Assembly: GCA_050084985.1 (NCBI GenBank)
Contig: JBITNC010000001.1
Location: 144,212,001-144,276,000, forward strand
Direction: 5' to 3'
DNA length: 64,000 nucleotides
DNA from: Nageia nagi
Lineage: Eukaryota > Plantae > Pinophyta
Shown: in pieces, positions 45,427-58,599 of the stretch
Layout: the number at the start of each line of letters is the position of its first letter
Position numbering within the stretch: position 1 is the first letter of the stretch
Made by a program: the position numbers and the translations under genes
The notes under the pieces: generated by a model
Told to the model about the DNA's origin: nothing
Seen by the model: the letters and a program-made list of their open reading frames with translations, nothing else
The model's database searches: none

Positions 45427-47836
45427 GGGTTTGCAATATTTTAAAGGAAAAGGACTTTATTTTGTTTGCAATTTTTTTTACAAGATGTATAGAATATTCT
45501 ATTTAATTTTATATAAAAAAGTGGAGAAATTTTTGCAAATTTCATTAATATTTGCAATTTATACATTTTTTTTTCACAAAAGGGGGGGGGTCTTGGCACT
45601 ATTATTCTCCCTTGGCTGCATTTGATTTGAAGGGTTGAGAATGAGAGCCCACAAACTTTTTTTGTAGTCTGCCTTTGCCTTGTGTCCATCTCATACTATG
45701 CAGACCCTTTCCCTTGCAAAGATACTCTCAATACTGGTCTACATAGTCTACCACCTCCTTTTTACAGTCCTTCTTGCCCTTGCAAGACTAGCACTATCTC
45801 TCTATTTCCCTTTGTTATCTCCTCACACTGGACCCTTGCTCTTTGCATACCTCCTTTGTGGATAGAGCGAAGGACTATTAATCTGGGTGAGGGCATTTTG
45901 AAACCCATCTCCTCCACCTATGCTTATGCTCTCCATTCCCATGTTTGAAGCGTAAATGCCTTCCTTACGGCCCTATATCTGTTGTGATCCACCTTTACTC
46001 CTCTTATCGCTCATAGCTGTCCTCGCCTCCTCCCCTCCGTTGCAAATTTATCACTTGCATGCCCACTTTTTTTCTTTTTGCTTTATGCTATTTTTTCATT
46101 ACATGACCATTTATCATTCCCTTTATAATTTTTTAAGCCCATTTTCCTCTTTGGTTAGGCTCATTTATTTCTTTTCTCTCCTTTCATGCTTTCTCATTAT
46201 ATTTAAGAGGGAGGCACCTTTTTTTTGTACCTACTAGCATTAATTTTGCTTTTAAAGAGGACTCCCTTAACGTGGAGTAAAAGATTAAAATGGAATTAAA
46301 TGCACTTACATGGAGTGTAGATATCCTTTCTTTTTTTCATTTAATTCTTACATAGGTAGCTCATGATGACTACTTATTTAATTTTTTTTATGTATATACA
46401 ACTAAAATTAGCCTTGAGGAAGGATATTTCTTGGAATTTTTTTTATGGCAATTATTTTTGAAATTGTTTAGGAGTATTTCTTTTGCCTTAAAAAAATATT
46501 TTTAAGGGGGAAGTGTTTTTTTTAAATTAGAAATGAAAGGGGAATTGTTTTAGAATGGATGCATACTTGGAAGATATTTTTTTAGCATGCAATTTTTTTT
46601 CCTTAATTAAATTTCTAAGGTAAAACTAGTATGCTATCTTTAGGAGATAAATTTTTTGAAGTAAAAGAGAGGGGAATTTGTATAAGCCTTGTACTTAATT
46701 TTTTTTAGATATTGCATTTAAATGTCTATCTATTTTTTTTCTAAAAATCCTTTATGCAAAGTTAATAAATGAGCTTATGCAAACTATGGAAATGATGAAA
46801 TATTTGATAGATAGACTTATGCAAATGATGCATGCTTCCTACTTATTTTAAGTTAATAATGCATGCTTAGTACTTAAATTTTTTTAAGTTAAATGATGCA
46901 TACTTTTACTTAAATTTGTTAAGTTAAATGATGCATTTTTTTACTTAAATTTGTTAAATTAAATAATGCATTTTTTAATTAAATTTTAAATTATAATGCA
47001 ATTTACTTCCTTATGCAAAATGGACTTGTGCAAAATTAGAAATGATGTAAAGATATCCTTTAAGGGTTGGTAAACAAAATCCATTGGACATTTAGGTTTC
47101 AAATCTTGAATGGATGATTTTTTTTTTTTACTTATGCTCTTTTACTTCATGTTTCGCATTTTTGATTTATTTGCTTATGCAAAAAATCATAAACATTGAA
47201 AATGAGAAACCTCCTAAAATGAATACATCCACACATACATTCCACAACATGACTTGTTTGGGGAGCCATGAGGTGAGGATAGGTAGATTGGAGCCTTTAA
47301 GTTCGACATTCCAAATCATGAAAAGTTCGTACTTCTTAATTACTCCTAAGTCTTTTTTTGGTCTAGGCATAACTCCAATAGATGGATAGGCATGTATGTA
47401 GTAATACCACATGTTTGTATGTCCATTCAAAAATTATCCTGATAACCTAAGAGGACAACTGGAAACCTAATCAAGATTAATAATTTAATCGATCCAATAA
47501 ACATCATAACCTTAGAAAATAATAGGTATTTCTCCTTGTGAGAGTATAATACTAACCAAGGTGAACTGGTTGAGGATTGGTAGTACTTGGACTCCTCTTG
47601 TGTGGGCGTCTAGGTGAAGGCCTAATTTTAGATAAGAAAATAAGCCTCAATAATGTCACTCTATATCTATGGTTCTTGGTGATGACAAAAGTATTCGGGT
47701 ACATGGGATGTATATTTGAGTTGTAAAATATTTGCACTTTTGAATCAAATCAAGCATGTCTTAGTTAATTAAATGTAACATTTAATGTTATTTATTAAAC
47801 CACATGCTTATTATTTTTCACATTCTTATGTAGCAA

Positions 47837-50800
47837 ATGGAAGAATTCTTTTTACCCAAACACATTCTTAACGATTCCAACTTTGGCATTTGAAAACCTT
47901 GGATAAGAGCTAAATTGCAGATAAGGAAGCTTTAGCAAATAGTGAATGAGAATATTGTACCTCCTATAGATAAGAAGGCAATAGAGGCTTACAACATAAA
48001 TAATGAGTTGGCAAACTCCATGATCTTTCATGCAATTTCAGATGATGTGCTCCTAATAATTTTTTTTCAACCTTGGCAAAGGAAGCTTGGGATAAGCTTA
48101 AGCAAAACTACCTTGGTTTAATTTTTTTAAGAAGGTTTACCATTCTCCAAAAGTTGATTCAATCTCATCAAAGGAAAGATGAAAATGCTATAATCTACTT
48201 AAACAAAATCATTGACCTAAGGACCTAACTTTTTGCTTATGGGTGTAATTGGATCAGTGATGAGTTCATGGTCTTCATCATTCTTTAAAGCTTTTCTTCA
48301 AAATTTAAAATTTTTGTGATGGTTATGGAAACAAGGCTTGATGATAAAGAAGTCTTCTCCTTTGAGAACTTTTCTAGGCTCCTTTTGAAGCATGAGGAAA
48401 CCTTTAATAAAAAAGTGTTGATTTCCTCTCCTAAGAATAATAACATTGCTCTTAGAGCAATTAAAACTCTTTTCAAAAAAAAGTTCAACCATCAAGAGAA
48501 ATCTTATCGTTATTCCTACAAAAGGTTTGAGAAAAGAGGTAATGGCAACAACAGTAACAAGAATAATAACAATAATAACCACTTCAAGTAAAGAGATAGA
48601 AAATGCAAAGCAAACAATCCATATCCTAAGAAAATATTTGATAGTAATTATAATTATTGTGGCATCCAAGGTCACAAAGAAGTTGATTGCTACAAAAAGA
48701 AAAGAGAGGAAAAGAACAAAGGCAATTGAAATGTAAAGAACTTTAAAGGAAAGAAGAATATTCAAGCTAGTTTTGTTGTGGCACTCTACTTCATGTCTCT
48801 CTCATTTTTGTTTGATTGAATTGTTGACTCTGGCTGCACTAATCACCTATGCTTTGAAAAGGAAAAGTTTGAGAACTTTCATAAGTATAAAAAATATGTA
48901 GTTGTGATAGGTGATAACTCTTCCCTTGAAGTCTAAAGAATTGGGAGTGTGTTGATTTAGAGGAAGGTTCTTGATAATGTGCTCTATGTTCCTAGCTTAG
49001 GATGAACCTTGTCTTCATGATCTAAATTTCTAGAAAAGGGTACTTTTTTGAGTTTGACTCTTAATCCTGGTGCATTAAGAAAGGATTTACCACTTTGGTT
49101 AAAGGATCAATAAAATATGATCTCTACATTATGTATCAAGTTCCATGAAAGATGTATCTTGCTACAAATGTGTGTTCTAGAGGCAATCTTTGGCACCATC
49201 ATCTAGGGCACCTTAACTACAAGAATATTCAAGTCATGAAAAACCAAGAACTTGTGGAAGGTTTGCCTTCAATCTCTCCTTCAATTGGTCTATGCAAGAA
49301 GTGCATTTTTGGAAAGATGCATAGATAAAATTTTGAAAAATATAAGGCAACAAGAGCATCTCAACCTCTTCAACTTGTGCATTTAGATTTGATAGGTACA
49401 TTTCAATCTAAGTTTCTTGGAGGAGCATTTTACATCTTGACCTTCATTTATGACTTTAGTAGGATGACCTTTGGGCATATACTTGAGCACAAGGATCAAA
49501 CCTTTGAGATTTTTAAGGTCTTTGTTGAAAATCAAACTAATCTTAAAATCAATATGTTAAGATTAGATAATGGGGGAGAATACAATAGCAATGAGTTAAA
49601 TGACTATTATGTTAAGTGTGGAATCAAAAGGTAGTTTACGATTCCTTACACTCCTCAGTAGAATGGTGTTGTTGAAAAGAAAAATAAGATAATTATGGAT
49701 ATGGCTAGATGCATGTTGGGTAATGTTTCTAGTTTCTTATGGGGTGAAGCTGTGAGCATTGCTATTTACACCTTAAATAGGTGTCCCACAAAATCCATTC
49801 AAAGAAAAACTCCTTTTGAGGCATGGTTAGGAAGAAAACCTAACATTTCACACCATAAGGTGTTTGGTTGTGAAGCATTCTTCTACATTATTTTTGAGAA
49901 AAGAAAAAAATAAGGTAAAAAGCCAAAAAAATGCATCTTTATGGGTTATAACAGTCACCATAGAGGCTACAAGCTCTACTCTCCATCCTACAAAGTTGTG
50001 TTTGTTTCAAGGGATGTAAAGTTCAATAAACTTCCTAAAGAATCTACTTCTAATGAGAATGTTGATGATCCAAAGGACTCTTTAGTTGCACCTAGTTGGT
50101 TAGATATTGATCTAAACAAGTCACCTAAGGAACAAAACTCTCCAAGTTAAAGGATAACAAGGAGCATGACCTTAAACAAATCCTTATTTTCTAAGAATGA
50201 AAACAAGCATGAGCCCTCAACCTTCAAAAAAGCTTCTAAGCATGAGTGCTAGATGGAAGCCATGAATGTTGAATATGAAGCACTTATAAAAAATAAACTT
50301 GGAATTTGGTTCCTTATCCCAATGGGAAGAATGTAATTGGTAATAAGTGGATCTACAAGGTCAAGTTCAATTTAGTTGGGGATATTAAGAAATATAAGGT
50401 AAGGTTAGTTGCCAAAGGTTTTACTCAGAAATACAGTATAAATTATGAGGAAACCTTTGGTCCCATGGCAAATATGCCTACTGTGAGAATTATCTTTACT
50501 CTTTTTGTTGCTCAAAGATGGAAAGTTTTTCAACTTGACATAAAGAGTGCATTTCTCAATGTTGACTTAGATGTGGAAATCTTCATGAATCAACCAGAAG
50601 GGTTCATTGTGGAAGGTAAAGAGTCCTTTGTGTGTAAGCTAAAAAAGTCATTATATAGACTTAAGAAAGCACCTAGAGCTTGGTAAAGGAAGATTTTAGG
50701 ATATTTTGTAGACATTGGTTTCTCCAAGTGCTTTTTAGATTTTGATCTATATGTGTTTAATCAAGTAAAAGATGTGGTCTTAATTCTCTTTTATGTGGAT

Positions 50801-51749
50801 GATATTCTAAAAACTAGGAACAATGATGAAATCATTCAAGAGTGGATATCTAAACTTAAGGTAATGTTTGAAATGATTGATCTTGGTCTCTTGCACTACT
50901 ATCTTAGAAATCAAGTGTATCAATATAAGGATTGTACTTATCTCATTCAATCTAAGTATATATCAGACATCTTGCAGAAGTTTGGAATGGAAGAATGTAC
51001 TTATGTCTTGATCCCAATTTTTCCTGGAATCATTATTTCTTTGAGCTCCAACTCTCAATTGGCTGATGTTATAGCCTATAGCTAATTAATTGGTAGTCTT
51101 TTGTACTTGCCTATTTTCAAGCTAGATATTACCTTTGCAATGAATCTGATGGCACGATTCATGCAAAAACCATATGTTGAGCACCTCAATGCTATTAAGC
51201 AAATATTAAGGTATGTTGTAGGGACTAAGGATCTTGCTCTCAAGTATTCTAAGTTGCCCTCATTTGTTCTCTCCAGATTTTGACTATGGGGGAGATAAAG
51301 ATGATAAGAAATCAACCTCTACATATGTGTTTAGCATTGGTTTAGGTGCTATCTCTTAGGCTTCCAAGAAGCAACCTACTATTTCTCTTTCCACCATAGA
51401 AGCTAAATATCATGCTATGTCTATTGCAGCCCAAGAAGCTATTTGGCTAAGGCATATTTTAAAATAAATTAGGTATGAGCAAGATGGATCATCTTTATTT
51501 TCTTTAGTTAATCAATTGGTGATTTCTTTGGCTAAGAATCATGTGTTCCATTAAAGAACAAAACATGTGGAAATCCATGCCTATTTTATTAAGGAAAAAG
51601 TTATTGATGGCATCATACACTTGGATTATTGTCCATCCACCTTGAAATCCATTGATTTATTCATCAAGCCCCTCTTAGAAGCTCAATTCTGTAAGCTTAG
51701 GGATGCTATCACGTTGGTGAAGTTTCCCTCAAGGGGGAGTGAAGTTTGA
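47837..51749 (+). pseudogene. Degenerate copia gag-pol of element C
   Basis: Gag MEEFFLPKH, integrase RLDNGGEY, RT QLDIKSAFLN / FYVDDIL, RNase H through KHVEIHAYFIKEKV. Confidence 0.92.
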
Positions 51750-52961
51750 ATTCTTATGTTGAATTCATGTTTGTGATGATAACTTCACCCCTAGGAGGAT
51801 TTTGTGTTGTATAATGTTGATTTAATTGTACACCTTAGTGGTAAGTTCGCTCTGCATGAGAAACTTATTGTATAAATTTTTAAGATAAAAAGATTGGCCA
51901 ATCTAGCACTATTTAGTTATCAATATGTGAGGAACTCTTATGTGTCTTTTGACACTATTCAGTTATCCATATGAGAAGAACTCGTATGTGCATGCTCTAT
52001 TTTGTAATGATAATCAACAAATATTTTATATACAATAGGTGAATATGAGTTTTAACTTGGCATCTTCATGATGAATTATAGTGCACCATTGATCAATTCA
52101 TGATGGTATTTGTGTGATTCATCTATCCTTGTTAATATGAATATGTTGCATATAATTGATCTTATTATTTGAGCTACTTATGACTTGTAGGTTCTTTTGA
52201 GATTACAGGTTACTTACTTTGGGTATGCAAGCTCTTGGAGACTCTTCATGACTTTCAGTTGGATGACTACTTCATGTACATTAAAACTGGCTATGATTAA
52301 TAATTGTATTTGAAAAAGTAGTGAGTCTCAAACTAGATCTTGCTTACTTCACAAATATGTAAAAGGTTCTCATCTTCAATTGTATCTATTTGGAGGAGGA
52401 CTCTCTTAGTTTCTCTTCTTCTTCTCTCTTATTTGCTCTATCCCAATATTGCATTAAGGGGGAGTGTTGGAATGTATAATGCATTATTGTAAAGGTTATG
52501 TAATAATATTTTATGTAAGTTTATTAATAATTAAGGCTATCATTTAATACCTTAAGTATTTAAGTGAATATGATAATGTAACTTGTCTTACACTCCATGT
52601 CATGAGCATGCCCCTTGGGTAAAAGGATGTGTATGTCATGCTTTTGTACATTGGATAAAAGGGTGATCCAAAGAGGGATTTTGGCCTATAAATAAAAGGC
52701 TCCCTCTTTGTGATAATACACTAATTTTATGAAGTAAAGTTATGCTATAGGATAGTTTTTAGGAGAAAAGATTAGGAGGATTGTAAGAGTTCATATTGGT
52801 GAATGAAGTGAAATCTAGTTAGTGGATGTACTCCTAGTTGGAGGAACCACTTACATCTTGTGTTATGTTGTGAGATTGCTTTATGAGTTATTTAGGTGTG
52901 TTTGTGAGCTTTCATGTGATCTTGGGAGATTAGAGTTGTTCATGTTATAGTTTAATTCTCA

Positions 52962-54450
52962 TAAGAAGAGCTTTAGATATAGTCATATTAGCTTCTTGAG
53001 ATTGGGAATCTAATTCTTCTATAGTTGGTTTATTCATTAACGCTCCCAAAATAATAGCCAATGTTAAAGTTCTTTCTAAATAGATTTCATATTTTTCTGT
53101 TATCTCTTCAAATTCAAGTTGAATATTATGTTTCTTTAGCATTTGGTATGATAGATATTGGAACATAGTTGGCAAGAGCAAATCAAACCATAAAGGATAT
53201 GTATTTACTATTTCTTCTCTCACATTCTTCAACTCATTATATTATCCTTAAAATTGTAAATTAGAATATTATCTTCTCAATCTAACAAAATTAGCCCAAA
53301 CCTCTTCAATTTCATGTATTAGAGCTCTCCTCTTAATCCTTTTGATGATTTCATCTTAAGAAAAACCTCTCTATGTATAAGAACAAGTTATTTATCAACA
53401 CTTTGAATATATTCTTTGTGATACATGTAAGAGTCAAAGGACCTCCAAGTCATTCCATCATGGATTGATAACTGTTATAATAATAATAACCAATTCTGCA
53501 AGGTGGTGTGAGAAATGGAATCCTACCTTTCTTTTTTATTAATTTTACCTTACCTTCTTCTACCATTTGTCTCATAATGTCCAAATAAATTAATGAGGAT
53601 GGGGCATATTTTGGTAATGCCTTTAGGGGCAATTTTGAACCATATACCCTTACATATGAATATTATTCTAATATAAAATACTCTCCATTTTTTCTATGAA
53701 AATAAATCAATTAAATAAGGGTTGATTCTATTAGGCATTTTTTCTTGTATGGCCAAAAACATTGTAGGGAGAAATTTATGATAAAAATCCTCTCCAGCTA
53801 CAGCTCCTCCCTTTCTTATGCAAGGTAGTTTGTATTGTACTAGCTCTATACTAGCATCTCCTAACAATTCATCAATTGTGCCATTAGACGATTGACCCAC
53901 TAATAAAGTGATTAAAAATGAGTAATAAGAGAAGTGTGGCATTAATTATTTGAATATCTTCTTTTGTTGTATTAACATTTTCATTGATAACAATTAACCA
54001 TAAATATTGTATGAATAACTGACTCCCAATCATAAGGTATAACCTCATATCATGCTAACAAGTCATGAATAATGGCCAAAACCTCTATGGTTATATCTTC
54101 AAACTCACTTGTTCCCAACATTGCATTAATCATATCTACATAATCCATGGCCCAAACCTATAATAGCTTATTTTTTAATGGAAATTAGCCCCTATTTTCA
54201 TTTGCATGTAGGAAAAACTTCTCAAATACATTGATTGGTAAGGTTGCAACTTTGTTCACTATAATTTTATAATCCAAAGTTTAAAATCCTCTTTGCAATC
54301 AAAACACCTCTCTAATAGTTTGATATTTCAAACTAAAAGCTATTTCTCCGGTTGGCTTCCTAAATGCCCTTGGATTTCTTGGCCTTTTCCATAATTTATA
54401 CATTAGTGAAGCATTCTATCTTATAGGTTCTTTTGTAAACTTGAATAAAT
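52962..54450 (-). pseudogene. Decayed accessory ORF of a gypsy-like element, interrupted by C (probably continues at ~44160-44502)
   Basis: Successive protein-like minus-strand ORFs 53694-53942, 53450-53632 and 52945-53232 with no recognisable pol domain. Confidence 0.45.
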
Positions 54451-55247
54451 CTAGAGCTTGACTCTCTAGTTCATTTAATATAGACTCAAGAATCTAGGCT
54501 TTCCCTTTATAAGCCTTATGCTATTTTAATCATATCATATGCAATATGATGTCTACCTCTATCTAATTCATATGGTATTATAGTTATAACCTTAAATTCT
54601 TTCATTGCTAAACATGTAAATCATCATAGAAAGGGTAAAAAGATTTATAATTCTCAGACATGAAAATAATTAAGCAAATAGATGGAGCTCACACATGATA
54701 ATGCTCAAATTATTCTTTATAAAACACCTTTACAAATTTATCCAACTTCATGATACTTCACTATCTCTCCTTTAGCTTTGTAATTCCTTTCAAGTTCAAA
54801 TAATAGAAACTTGTTGAAACATGCTAGTGAATTATGCTCATAATAACATGATCATTGATAAATTTATGTCTATTCTTTAAATATCATTGGCATGCATTTT
54901 ACTAGCTTCTAGTGGCTTAAGAATATCTAACTATCATCATCATTATTTAATGGAGTATCGTCACCTTCATAATTTGCCCATACGCTAAAATAAATGGTCT
55001 ACCATCCTTCATCTACTGGTAAAAGCTTATAGGAGTACCACATGTGTTTTATACATACTACTTATTTGAACTTTGTCACCTTTTTTCTTATTTAATTTGT
55101 TGTCTTTGGCTGAGTTGGGCGATGATGATCTCTTGGTCTCTCAACCATGTATTGCAAAAATACCATGTAACTATCCCTTAATCATATTCACCATTTACTA
55201 ATTTCGATAGTGACACTTTCTCCATCTCTCAGTGAGCTATCATAGAG

Positions 55248-55637
55248 CATCCATGTGTCCTCATTGATCATTCCACATTATATGCCCTTTTACTTAACCT
55301 ACATGCTATTTCCTTATGATTTATAGTTGCTTAAAGTCTCATTTATGAATGTTGCATCATGGGGCCTCAACATGTCTCCTCTAATCAATCAATCTTCTCA
55401 TCTCATGCTACCTTATTACCTAATTAACTTTTCTTTACATAGGAACATCCATGTATCCTAGTTGATCATTCCATAATGTATGCTCTTTTTCTTAATCTCC
55501 ATGCTATTTATTTATGATTTATGATTATGTAAAGTCTCATCTATGAGCGCTACATCATGGGGTCTCCATGTGTCTCCTATGATTGATCAATCTTCTTGTC
55601 CCATGTTGCCTTATTACCTTATTAAATTTTCTTTACT
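55248..55637. repeat. Two-copy ~198-bp tandem duplication
   Basis: CATCCATGT.TCCT..TTGATCATTCCA...AAAGTCTCAT...CCTTATTACCT..TTAA.TTT.CTTTAC occurs twice. Confidence 0.85.
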
Positions 55638-56315
55638 TTGGTAAGATTTGACAATAAACCTTTCTCCATATATGGGTGCTACATCATGGGGAAACCATGT
55701 GTACCCACCATTACCAGTTATAGCTTTGACTTGTTGATGATGTTTATAAATAATAGGCCATGGGTATACCAACATGAGATCAACAAATATATATATCTAT
55801 TTTACAATACATTATTCAAATATTAAAGCCAAAAAGAAATAATATTCTCACACCTTGATAATAGTACTAACACCATAACATAGAGTTATGTTAATTCTGT
55901 AAAATATTTTGTAATAAAGTTTGGTGGAAAAAGCTACTATTATACATTATGAATATTGGCAAGAATCATAATGGTAAGCAAATATGAAAATTGATCCCTA
56001 TACTTAAACCAATAAGAATAAGAAAAATCTATGACAAAGCCCTATATTTAAGAAATTGAAACACTTACACACATAAGGAAGAACACTCCTAGGTCCTAGA
56101 CAAACCTTTAGTAGAAAAATAATTTAGGTATTAGACAGTCCAATAAATTATAAGTTAGATTTGCCTTGGTTGAAAATAGAGATATATATACCTTAATAAT
56201 TAAATGAAAATAGTAAAGACATTCAGGGGTTTGGTCTTCAACTTTATAATATTGTATTTATTTATTATGTAATAATGAGTATGATTTATAAGGTTCTTAC
56301 AAGCTTGAAGTATTG

Positions 56316-56318
<3 letters not shown>

Positions 56319-56346
<28 letters not shown>
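56319..56346. repeat. (TA)14 microsatellite
   Basis: Direct observation. Confidence 0.95.
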
Positions 56347-57059
56347 ATCTTGTTCATTCTATTAATTAAATATATGGTATTAATTTATCTTGTATTTTAT
56401 TTTTGGTTTATTATTTATCGATTTTTTTCCATTTATGATTAGAAGCTTTACAATTAAAGTATTTAAAAGTTATTTCTATATTTTACATTTTAATTAAGTA
56501 TTACTATTTCATCTCATCATGTTGAGTTTCTTTCAATAGTCACATAATTGAAACAATGTCTCAATTGCATATAGCCATAGAAAACTAACCCAAAATTAAT
56601 AAACTAAATGATGAATTAAAATCTCATCAAATGAAATAAATGACACTATGAAAATATGTGAACAAATCACCTTCTTTGAAAAGAAAAGAAATAAATGCTA
56701 TTATTATTAAAATAACATTAGAATACATGACATTAATAAAATTTTACAAAAATTAAAGAAAAGTAAGCTTGTGTTTCAAATTTTATCAATGCTATATTTA
56801 GGATTTTTTTTTTTGGAATTGCATTTTTTCTATTTTTTCCTTGACTTTTGGAATAGCCATTTTTGTTATATGCACTTCTAAGAGAATACCCAAATTACTA
56901 ATTGAAAGTGAATCAAAATATCATTTTTTCTATAATTAGAGATTATAATTTTTTCTTAAAATGAACCATGTGCATTAGGTATTATGTTACAAAAAATAGT
57001 CTCCAAGATCCTTTATTTTACCATAATGTCCTTACTCTTTAAACATCATCCCTAATTTT

Positions 57060-57765
57060 TAAGTGATCTACAAGTACCAGGTAGATGTAACCACATTCCT
57101 AATTAGAGTTTTATGGGCATCTTGACAATGAAGTTCAAAGCTTTCTAAAGATAACCTATGCAACCAAGAAGGCTAACTTTGTATGCATAATGATTCATTT
57201 CAAGAATAATGCAATAATATTCTTGTGTGCTACTAAAGTATTCATGTCCCTCGTCCTCTATAACTATGATCATTGCATACATTAAAACTATATCTGCATC
57301 ATCTAGCTAGATAAATAATTTGCAAATCTTCACTTCACCTCCATATTTTGTGTATAGTCGCTCAGGACACTCAGCCACAACATTCGATGCAAACCATTTT
57401 CTACTACTCTTTGATGGAGTCCATACCTTATTATAGAACTCCAATCAATTCACACACTAGAAGGATATTGAGATACATTATAAAGTCTGGCATCTCATTT
57501 GACAATTGCATCTAATTAAAAATCTATCAAACCTTTTCAAAAAATCCATCTTGTGCATTTCTAGTGATCTTTGTAGTACAAAAGACTATATTATAAGGAG
57601 GCATTTTGTTAAACTATTTGTAAAACCTTTCATTATATCTATTTTTGTGTGTATACTATAACCATTATAGTTTAATAAACTATGTCAATGTTATACATCT
57701 TATCAAACAATTTGTATGCCTCCTCTACGCTCCCATGTTTTACATACATGTCTATCAAAGCACAT
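57060..57765 (-). pseudogene. PLS-class PPR (PCMP-E/DYW-type) pseudogene fragment
   Basis: LIDMYVKHGSVEEAYKLFDKM; *MQLSNEMPDF..NILLVC..GVL**GM..HQRVVENG; HYAYKVSLLGCIGYL*KALNFIVKMPIK..MW..L.GTCR. Confidence 0.85.
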
Positions 57766-58599
57766 ATAAGGAAGTATAATTTAAGGAGATGTTAGAAATT
57801 GAAAGATATAATATTCATATTCAGTATGATAAATCTATTCAAAAATATAGATAATAAAAATCACATCCATATTTCCTAGAAAATATAGAGAAAATGGAAG
57901 ACAAGCTAGATATACCTTTAGTAAGATTATTTAATAAAAAAGATTGGTTTAATAAAGAACAATGTATTTTAATTAAACTAAAATTCCTTGTTAGGTGTTA
58001 ACAAAGACCATATGCAAATCAAAACCAATTTAGGCCATAAATGATAAATTAGTAGAGCTCTCAATGGTATAATAAGCCTATTGTATAAAATCCTCCATGG
58101 ATGACAGCTAATCCATGATGGTCAAATCAACCTTGGGGACCATATACTTAACAATGGATTTCAAATCAAAAACCTTAATCCAAGTGGGAAAATAACACTC
58201 AATAATTTCAAAAACAACAATAAGATCAAGAATTTTAGGGACAATAAAGGCTTCCTACCCAACAACAAGGAATGCTTTCAATACCCTCAAATGTTCCTCA
58301 AAAAAATCTTCAACAAATACCTAAATAGCCTATACTACTAGCTTGGCCTATGCCCAATCCTAATCATAATAGATAGGTAAATATTTCCTATCAAATTGAT
58401 CAAGTGGAAATTTTTGAAGTTAGTGTAAAATAACTAAGATCGAGAACCATATAAACTAGTGCATGAAAACAAGGAGACATGCCATGACAAGAAATAAATT
58501 GAGATCCCAATACCATATCCTAACAAATTAGTAGAAAATCCTAAAGAAGAGAAATAATAACTTCTGTAGGAAATACAAAAATTAAACATCACTATTCCA

